A DNA stretch of 10,938 bases from Octopus sinensis. Lineage: Eukaryota. Location of the stretch: assembly GCF_006345805.1 (NCBI RefSeq), contig NW_021827223.1, forward strand, positions 1 to 10,938. The letters run 5' to 3'. Below, piece by piece: positions 1 through 7,849 of the stretch. Position numbers and translations under genes: made by a program. Numbering within the stretch: position 1 is the stretch's first letter; the number at the start of each line of letters is the position of its first letter. The notes beneath the pieces were generated by a model. It was given only the letters and a program-made list of their open reading frames with translations, searched no databases and was not told the origin of the DNA.

Positions 1-29
1 ATTTTAAACCCCTATCTCATTTTATAACC

Positions 30-67
30 TATATATATAATATATATATTTGTGTGTATATATAATG

Positions 68-117
<50 letters not shown>

Positions 118-200
118 GCGTCTTCCATATATATTTCTATATATGTATATGATCTACACACACATATATTTGGAATATATAATAATATGCATATGTGCGT
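30..200. repeat. (TA)n-rich microsatellite
   Basis: Long interrupted TA runs. They lie directly upstream of a SINE 3' half, as the internal TA/TG tract does at 2612-2655. Confidence 0.9.
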
Positions 201-220
201 GCGTCTACGTGCACATGAGC

Positions 221-420
221 GTGTGTCTTTTTCCTCACTCACCGCTTGGCAATCGGTGTTAGTTTGTTCGCATCATTCTAAACTACCAGCTTGACAAAGG
301 CCTACTCAGAATGAGCACCCGACTACTCAATCAGTACTAGGATCGATCCGTTGGTGGAAAATCCTTCAGGTCGGTGCCCCAGCATGGCCACACTCCAATG
401 ACAAAAACAAGAAGAAAAAA
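221..420 (+). mobile_element. Degenerate SINE 3' half
   Basis: Begins gtgtgtctttttcc...accgcttggcaatcggtgttagtttg, similar to 2652-2705. Ends ggtgccccagcatggccacactccaatgacaaaaacaagaagaaaaaa (373-420), matching the tail at 2803-2858. Confidence 0.7.
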
Positions 421-735
421 TGAAAACCAAATTAACTACGTCAAAAATATGGCAGTTTTAAGAATATATATGTTTTGATTGCTGGATATAAGGTAGGGGA
501 ACTGCTGTGCTGAAAACGCTTATTGAGGTGGAAAAGCATATCCACAGCCCTCCTCTAGTCTTCAGTTTTGGAAAATATTTTATTTCTGTGATTATCTCCC
601 TTTAACACTTAAATCGGTACCAATTGCTTCCAATATATTCGCCTACTTTCTCTAGAAGTGGGGGAGGGGGGGGGGTCATTTTGAGACATTAAGAATATAA
701 AATAAGAATAAGAATAATATTAGAAGTATAAAAAA

Positions 736-955
736 GACGGTAAGCTGGCAGAATCGTTGGCACCCCGAACAAAATGCTTGGCGGCATTTGATCCGGATTT
801 ATATGCTGGGTTCAAACTCCGCCGAGGTCGAATTTGCCTTTCATCCTTTCCAAGTCGATTAAGAAGTACCAGTTGAGTAATGGGGTGATTCTAATCGACT
901 TGCTCCTCCTCCCACAAAATTGCTGGCCTTGTGCAAAAATTTGAAACCAATATTA
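736..955 (+). mobile_element. tRNA-derived SINE, second family, near full length
   Basis: A-box-like TGGCAGAATCG (746-756) and B-box GGTTCAAACTCC (809-820). Central gcctttcatcctttccaagtcgattaagaagtaccag resembles a conserved SINE central domain as I recall it (Nin/Deu-type). The exact family needs a Dfam/Repbase search. Confidence 0.8.
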
Positions 956-1027
956 GAAGCGAAGAGAAGAAGTGAGGTTGATAATGTCTGGAATATTCTA
1001 TTTAGACTGTGAGAAAAATGTACGTGT

Positions 1028-1074
1028 GGTGCTCCAGCATGACCACAGTCAAATTACTAAAACAAGTAAAAAAA
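1028..1074 (+). mobile_element. Orphan SINE/LINE 3' tail (5'-truncated insertion)
   Basis: ggtgctccagcatgaccacagtcaaattactaaaacaagtaaaaaaa closely matches the tail at 2803-2858 and the reverse complement of 5640-5689. Confidence 0.75.
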
Positions 1075-1086
1075 GGTATGTTATTT

Positions 1087-1182
1087 CATGGTTGAGTGAT
1101 TATCATGTTTGCACTAGTGATCTTAAGATTGTGATTTCGAATCCCGAGCGGTGCATGCGATGTGTTCTTGAAGAAAATACTC
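1087..1182 (+). mobile_element. Old degenerate tRNA-derived SINE head (third family), interrupted
   Basis: Decayed A box (tggttgagtga) and B-box remnant ttcgaatccc (1136-1145), followed by tgtgttcttgaagaaaatact, which resembles the start of a CORE-like domain. Confidence 0.5.
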
Positions 1183-1185
1183 CTA

Positions 1186-2611
1186 GACGTAAGAGTGGCT
1201 GTGTGGTAAGTAACTTGCTTACCAACCACACGGTTCCGGGTTCAGTCCCACTGCGTGGCATCTTGAGCAAGTTTCTTCTACTATAGCCTCGGGCCGACCA
1301 AAGCCTTGTGAGTGGATTTGGTAGACAGAAACTGAAAGGAGCCTGTCGTATATATATATATATATAGGTGCAAGAGTGGCTATGTGGTATGTAGCTTGCT
1401 TACGAACCACATGGTTCCGGGTTCAGTCCCACTGCGTGGCATCTTGGGCAAGTTTCTTCTACTATAGCCTCGGGCCGACCAAAGCCTTGTGAGTGGATTT
1501 GGTAGACAGAAACTGAAAGGAGCCTGTCGTATATATATATATATATAGGTGCAAGAATGGCTAGTGGTATGTAGCTTGTACGAAACACACGGTTCCGGGT
1601 TCAGTCCCACTGCGTGGCATCGGGGCAAGTGTCTTCTACTATAGCCTCGGGCCGACCAAAGCCTTGTGAGTGGATTTGGTAGACAGAAACTGAAAGAAGC
1701 CCATCGTATATATGTATATATATATAGGTGCAAGGTGGCTATGTGTATGTAGCTTGCTTACGAACCACATGGTTCCGGGTCAGTCCCCACTGCGTGGCAT
1801 CTTGAGCAAGTTTCTTCTACTATAGCCTCGGGCCGACCCGCCTTGTGAGGGATTTGGAGACAGAAACTGAAAGGAGCCTGTCGTATTATATATAGATATA
1901 GGTGCAAGAGTGGCTATGTGGTATGTAGCTTGCTTAGAACCACATGGTTCGGGTTCAGTCCCACTGCGTGGCATCTTGGGCCACGTTTCTTCTACTATAA
2001 GCCTCGGGCCGACCAAAGCCTTGTGAGTGGATTTGGTAGACAGAAACTTGAAAGGAGCCTGTCGTATATATATATATATATAGGTGCAAGAGTGGCTATG
2101 TGGTATGTAGCTTGCTTACGAACCACATGGTTCCGGGTTCAGTCCCACTGCGTGGCATCTTGAGCAAGTTTCTTCTACTATAGCCTCGGGCCGACCAAAG
2201 CCTTGTGAGTGGATTTGGTAGACAGAAACTGAAAGGAGCCTGTCGTATATATATATATATATATAGGTGCAAGAGTGGCTATGTGGTATGTAGCTTGCTT
2301 ACGAACCACATGGTTCCGGGTTCAGTCCCACTGCGTGGCATCTTGGGCAAGTTTCTTCTACTATAGCCATCGGGCCGACCAAAGCCTGGTGAGTGGATTT
2401 GGTAGACAGAGAACTGAAAGGAGCCTGTCGTATATATATATATATATAGGTGCAAGAGTGGCTATTTATGTATGTAGCTGCATTACGAACCACATGGTTC
2501 CGGGTTGCAGTCCCACTGCGTGGCATCTTGGGCAAGTTCTTCTACTATAGCCTCGGGCCGACCAAAGCCTTGTGAGTGGATTTGTTGACGGAAACTGAAA
2601 GAAGCCCGTCG
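1186..2611 (+). repeat. Tandem array of eight SINE 5' halves (unit 174-183 bp: tRNA-like head + CORE-like body + (TA)9-10 spacer)
   Basis: Units start at 1186, 1367, 1548, 1727, 1901, 2083, 2266 and 2449. Units carry A-box-like TGGCTATGTGG (e.g. 1377-1387) and B-box-like GGTTCAGTCCC (e.g. 1420-1430), degraded by small indels in some units. Units 2 and 6 differ at 1 of 163 nt. Confidence 0.95.
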
Positions 2612-2858
2612 TATATATTATTATACATAATATATGTGTGTGTAGATGGGTGTGTGTCTGTGTTTGTCCCCCAACATCGCTTGACAACCGATGCTAGTGT
2701 CTTTACGTCACTGTAACTTTGTGGTTCGGCAAAAGAGACCGATAGAATAGGTACTAGGCTTACAAAGAATAAGTCCTGGGGTCGATTTGCTCGTTTAAAG
2801 GCGGTGCTCTAACATGGCCGCAGTCAAATGACTGAAACACGTGAAAGAGTAAAAGAGT
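2449..2858 (+). mobile_element. Full-length tRNA-derived SINE with internal TA/TG microsatellite (last unit of the array)
   Basis: Head and body (2449-2611), internal TA/TG tract, then a 3' half ending ggtgctctaacatggccgcagtcaaatgactgaaacacgtgaaagagtaaaagagt. Matches my recollection of an abundant octopus SINE (octopus tRNA-derived families OK/OR1/OR2 are known; exact family not assigned). Confidence 0.85.
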
Positions 2859-2884
2859 TAAGGGTATTCCACGTGGTTCTGGTT

Positions 2885-3515
2885 TCACACAAACACACAC
2901 ACATTCAAACATACACTGACAAACATACACACACGTATACACAGGAACACGCACACACGCTTAAGCGTAAAACACACACACACATGCATACACACAAACA
3001 CATACAAACGCACACTGACAAATACACACACATTCAAACATACACACACGTATATACAGGAACACGCATACACGCATAAGCGTAAAACACACACACACAC
3101 ACACACACACACATGCATACACACAAAGACATACATACGAACACAGACAAATACACACACACACACACATTCAAACATACACTGATAAACGTACACACAC
3201 GTATATACAGGAACACACACACACGCATAAGCGTAAAACACACACACTGACAAATACACACACACACATTCAAACATACACACACGTATATATAGGAACA
3301 CATACACACGCATAAGCGTAAAACACACACACACACACACACACCACACACACACACACATGCATACACACAAAGACATACAAACGCACACAGACAAATA
3401 CACACACACACACACATTCAAACATACACACACGTATATACAGGAACACACACACATGCATACACACAAACACATACAAACGCACACTGACAAATACACA
3501 CACACACACACACAC
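2885..3515. repeat. CA-rich cryptic minisatellite (about 100-150 bp period)
   Basis: Recurring anchors acattcaaacatac (5 times), acgtata..caggaacac and aagcgtaaaacacac (4 times), separated by variable (CA)n. Confidence 0.9.
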
Positions 3516-3660
3516 GGTACACCGCCATTCCCAAGACGCACAACTAACACCACAAAATGGCGGCCGTGTTGAGAAACTGATTTATGGTGTCACCTCGCTA
3601 ACATACAGAATCACCATAAATTAGACACGGAACAACAAGGTCTCCACCCCTGTCACTATT
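3512..3660. promoter_or_regulatory. Candidate cis-regulatory island (Pbx-Hox, Meis/TALE and YY1/Pho-like motifs)
   Basis: Unique sequence between repeat fields. TGATTTATGG (3578-3587), CCATAAATTA (3614-3623), TGTCA (3588-3592), CTGTCA (3650-3655), AAAATGGCGGC (3554-3564), CCGCCATT (3522-3529). Motif match only. Confidence 0.35.
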
Positions 3661-3754
3661 CGATCCCAGAGCCACAATCTTTCCACCTAACCCCTCTTAT
3701 ACCACCGTCCGACTCCCGGCTCCTCCTCTTCCTCCCACTCCTGTTTTCTATGCC

Positions 3755-4120
3755 GCATTCTTTTGCCTTTTCCTTTCTCCCTCTATTTTTCTCTCTGTCT
3801 ATCTATTTTTCTCTCTCTATCCTCTCTCTCTCGCTCTCTATCTATCTAGCTATTTATCTACATACCTCTATTTCTGTCTCTCTCTCTCTCTCTCTTTCTC
3901 TTAATGTCGCCCTTCCTCTTTTCAACTCTCTCTCTCTCTCTCTCTTACTCTCTTTCTCTAGCTCCCTATCTATTACTATCGCTTAGTGTGTCTTTCTTTC
4001 TCTCCCTCCCATTCTCTCCGTCTCTTAGTCTATCTCCTTCCTCTCCTTCCTCATCTCACACTTTCTTTCTCTCTATATCTTATCTCTTTCCCTATCTAAC
4101 AATCTCACACTCCCTCCCTC
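3755..4120. repeat. (CT)n / pyrimidine-rich low-complexity tract
   Basis: Repeated ctctct, ctat and ttc runs. Confidence 0.9.
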
Positions 4121-4428
4121 TATACATACATACAAATATATATAATATATGTGTGTATACATATATGATATATATATATATGTGTGTATGTATATGTGGT
4201 ATACAGATATGTATATATATATACACACATACATACCTACATATATATATATATATATACATATATATATAGATATATATATACAATACATACATACATA
4301 CATATATTATATATTATATATATTTATAACATACATACATACATACAATATATATGTATGTGTTAATATATATTATATATATATATATATACACAACATA
4401 CATATATATGTATATATGTATATATATC
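4121..4428. repeat. (TA)n/(CA)n/(TACA)n compound microsatellite
   Basis: Direct inspection. Confidence 0.9.
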
Positions 4429-4862
4429 TTACTATCTCTCTCTCCCTCTTTCTTTCTTTCCTTCCATTCTTCCGTCACTCATTCCTAACCCCCTTCATCG
4501 CTTTATTTACAATCTGTCAATTCCTGTCTTCCATACTTTATCCTCGTCTCTTCTTACTCTTTCATTCATTTATTTATTTCTTCTCCCTTTTTTTTCTTTA
4601 TAGTTTTTTTCTTCTTTTCTCTCTTGAATTATATCTATCGTCTGCCTTTCGCTCTATCATTCGATCGTCCGTTGTTTGTCATAGTCTCTCTCTCTCTTTC
4701 TCTCTCTCCCTTCCTCTCCCTCTCCCCGTCTCTTTCACTCTCCCTCTCTCTTTCTCTTCGTTTTCTTCATCTCTTTCCCTTCTACGCCTCTTCCTGCTCC
4801 TCATCCTTCTTTCTTTTCATCTCTAACTTTTCTTCTCTATCGTTGTGTCGTCCTCCTTGATT
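4429..4862. repeat. Pyrimidine-rich (CT/CTT) low-complexity tract
   Basis: Strong C/T bias on the + strand. Confidence 0.85.
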
Positions 4863-4890
4863 TTCTTAACTACTGGCGGTAAAAAAAGAA

Positions 4891-5150
4891 ATTATTATTA
4901 TTACTACTACTACTACTACTACTACTATTATTATTATTATCATTATTACTATTATCATCATCATCATCATCATCATCATTATCATCAACATCCTCATCAT
5001 CATCGTCATCATTATCATCAAAACCATTATCAACATTATTCTTATCATCGTCATTATCATCATCATAACCATCATCATTTCTATAATTCTTCTTCTTCTT
5101 CTTCTTCTTTCTTCTTCTCCCTCTTCTTCTTATCATCATCATCATCATCA

Positions 5151-5217
<67 letters not shown>

Positions 5218-5281
5218 CATTATCACTATCATTATTATTATTATTATTATTATTATCGTTATTATTATCATTATTATTATT
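4891..5281. repeat. Compound trinucleotide microsatellite (ATT/ACT/ATC/CTT); its right end is the (TAA)n tail of the adjacent LINE
   Basis: In-phase trinucleotide blocks that directly abut the LINE 3' end at 5282. Confidence 0.9.
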
Positions 5282-5626
5282 GCCGTCACAAAACTATTTT
5301 ATGCCATATTAGTTAGCAGGCATATTGTCTTGAGCTCTGGCGACGATAAGCCTCCGCAAAATCGCAACAATATTTCTTAGGATCCTTGCAGAATACATTA
5401 TTTAATTTTACAGCTGTCCGACAATAAAGTCGCAATTCCAGTCTTATCCAGCCTCTTCAGCAGCACTTTGGATTTGTATCCAATGCACCAATCGCAGCAA
5501 GAATGCTTATTGTCTTAGAGTTCCATGGTCTCTTCGGTTCTCTAGTAAGGTCCTGATATTTTTCAAAAATTCTGAATTTCTTGTGCGTTCGCTTCAGTAT
5601 CGTAGGTTACTGCGAAGTCTGTGATC
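5282..5626 (-). mobile_element. Decayed 3' end of an R4/Dong-like non-LTR retrotransposon (restriction-enzyme-like endonuclease C-terminus)
   Basis: Minus-strand translation with frameshifts: TDFAVTYD (from 5622), EKYQDLTREPKRPWNSKTISILAAIGALDTNPK (from 5564; IGAL at 5492-5481) and SARILRNIV (from 5392). This fits the D.AVP...K..KY..L...W...IP..IGALG...A.ILR pattern of REL-endonuclease LINEs. A short 3' UTR and a (TAA)n tail follow. Confidence 0.8.
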
Positions 5627-5939
5627 TCTTTTACTCTTTTACTTTTTTACTTGTTTCAGTCATTTGACTGTGGCCATGCTGCAGCACCGCCTTTAGTCGA
5701 GCAAATCGACCCCAGGACTTATTCTTTGTAAGCCTAGTACTTGCTCTATCGGTCTCTTTTGCCGAACCGCTAAGTTTACTCTTTTACTTGTTTCAGTCAT
5801 TTGACTGTGGCCATGCTGGAGCTCAGCCTTTAGTCGAGCAAATCGGCCCCAGGACTTATTCTTTGTAAGCCTAGTACTTGCTCTATCGTTCTCTTTTGCC
5901 GAACCGCTACGTTAACGTGGACGTAAACACACCAGCATC
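5626..5939 (-). mobile_element. Two tandem SINE 3' halves (137-bp period), 5'-truncated
   Basis: Reverse complement of the 2690-2858 type. ttgtttcagtcatttgactgtggccatgctg occurs at 5651 and 5788. Confidence 0.9.
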
Positions 5940-7521
5940 TTTCATTCTATCAAAAATTTCTATCCAAAATATCTTTCATTCATCCATGAATATCAATGGA
6001 TAATATCCTTCATTCATTCATGAATTTCCATCCAAAATATCTTTCATAGTTTCATGAATTCCTTTGAGAATATCTTTCATTGGTTCATACATTTCCATCA
6101 AAAATTCATTTCTTCAAGCATTCCCATCGAAATAATCTGCCATTCTTTGATAAGTTTCCATTAAAAAATTCTTTCATTCTTCTATGACTTTGCATATTCT
6201 TGCATGATATCTTTCATTCTTTCATAAATTTCTATCTAAAATATCTTTCATTCGTTCATAAATTTCCGTCATTCTTTCATTTCTCTTAATTTTTTCCCTT
6301 TGAAAACATCTTTCATTCTTTCATAGATACCCTTCGAAAACCTTTCATTCTTTCATAATTTTCAATCATAAAATTCTTCATTCTTTCATGACTTTACATA
6401 GTATCACTCCTTCTTTCATTTCTTTTATTCTTTCCATCGAGAGTACCTTTCATTCTTTCATAAATATCCATCGAGAACATCTTTCATTTTCTCATAAATT
6501 TCCATCGAAAATATTTTCCATAAATTTCCATCCACACTAACTTTCATTCTTTCATGAATTTCCATCAAAGTCTCTCTTATTCCTTCATAAATTTCCATCG
6601 AATATATCTTTCATTATTTCATATATTTTCATCGAAAACAGCTGCCAATCTTTCGTAGGTTTCTATCCCAAATATTTTTATACTTTCAGAACTTTCCATT
6701 GAAAATATATTTCATTCTCTCATAAATTTCCTTCCAAATTATCTTTCATTCTTTCATAAATTTACATCGAAAATATATTTCATTCTTCTATAAATACCGT
6801 TCGAAAATATATTTTATTCTTTCATAAATTTCCATCCAAATTATCTTTCATTCTTTCATAAATTCCGCTCAAAAATCTCTTTCATTCTTTCATAAATTTC
6901 CATCCAAATTATCTTTCATTCTTTCATAAATTCCGCTCAAAAATCTCTTTCATTCTTTCATAAATTTCCATCCATAATATCTTTCATTTTTTAATAAATC
7001 TCCAAGAAAGTATCTTTCATTCTTTCATAACCCTCCATTGATAGTATCATTCATTCTTTGATAAACATCCTTCAAAAATACCTTTGGATCTTCCATAAAT
7101 TCCCTTTCAAATTTTCTTTCATTCTTTCATAAATTCCAAACGAAAACACTTTTCATTCCTCCATAAATTTCCATCGATATCTTTCATTCTTTCACAAAGA
7201 TCCATCAATAATACTTTTACTTTCTTTCATAAATTTCCGTACAAATTCTCTTTCATTCCTTCAATAAATTCCTTCGAAATATCTTTCATTCTTTCATAAT
7301 TTTGTATCCAAAATATCTTTCATTGAGTCCTAAATTTCTATCCAGAATATCTCATAAATTCTCTCATAAATTTCCATTTTCATAGATATTCTTCAGAAAT
7401 ATCTTTCATTCTTTAATAAGTTCTTCTCAAAATATCTTTCACTCATTTTAAAATTTCCTTCGAAAATATCTTTCATTTATTCATTCCATCAAAAATAACT
7501 TTCAATCTTTCATAAATTTCG
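5937..7521. repeat. 34-bp AT-rich minisatellite, about 46 units
   Basis: Consensus atctttcattctttcataaatttccatcgaaaat. The ctttcatt anchor recurs at 6845, 6879, 6913 and 6947 (period 34). Confidence 0.95.
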
Positions 7522-7524
7522 TCG

Positions 7525-7727
7525 ATGAAAAATGATGATGATGAAAATGACGATGGTGATGATGGTGATGATGACGATGATGGAGACGATGATGACAATG
7601 ACGCTGATGATGACGACGACGATAATGTGGATGATGATGATAATGATGATGATGATGAACATGACAATGACAACGAGGACCACGACGGCGATGATGATAA
7701 AGGTTGATAAAGCTGATGATGATGATG

Positions 7728-7759
<32 letters not shown>

Positions 7760-7772
7760 GACGACGACGATG

Positions 7773-7804
<32 letters not shown>

Positions 7805-7817
7805 GACGACGACGATG

Positions 7818-7849
<32 letters not shown>

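Noticed and set aside
660-675. G-quadruplex
   Set aside because: G5-A-G10 cannot supply four G3 tracts with loops. At best it forms a weak two-tier structure.
972-1286. 104-aa ORF
   Set aside because: It runs across a SINE tail, an old SINE head and array unit 1, so it is a chance reading frame.
1186-2611. CRISPR array
   Set aside because: Units are near-identical over their whole length with only TA tracts between them. There are no unique spacers and no cas genes, and the context is eukaryotic.
1186-2611. Retrozyme / hammerhead ribozyme tandem repeat
   Set aside because: The unit size fits metazoan retrozymes, but I found no CUGANGA...GAAA core on either strand (the nearest is CTGAAAG). 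The chimeric end units favour recombination over rolling-circle copying. An Infernal search would settle it.
1186-2611. Tandem tRNA gene cluster
   Set aside because: A and B boxes are present, but there is no canonical acceptor stem or anticodon arm, and each head continues into a SINE body.
3557-3580. Start codon in strong context (AAAATGGCGGCC)
   Set aside because: It gives only MAAVLRN-stop, and no splice donor precedes the stop.
3522-3630. H/ACA snoRNA (two hairpins plus ACA at 3625-3627)
   Set aside because: No ANANNA H box lies between the hairpins, and the ACA can be sequestered in a stem.
5937-7521. STAT-like TTC-N4-GAA site array or coding repeat in the 34-bp minisatellite
   Set aside because: The motif is present in only some units and is expected in such AT-rich sequence. 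The 34-bp period is not a multiple of 3 and the frames contain stops.
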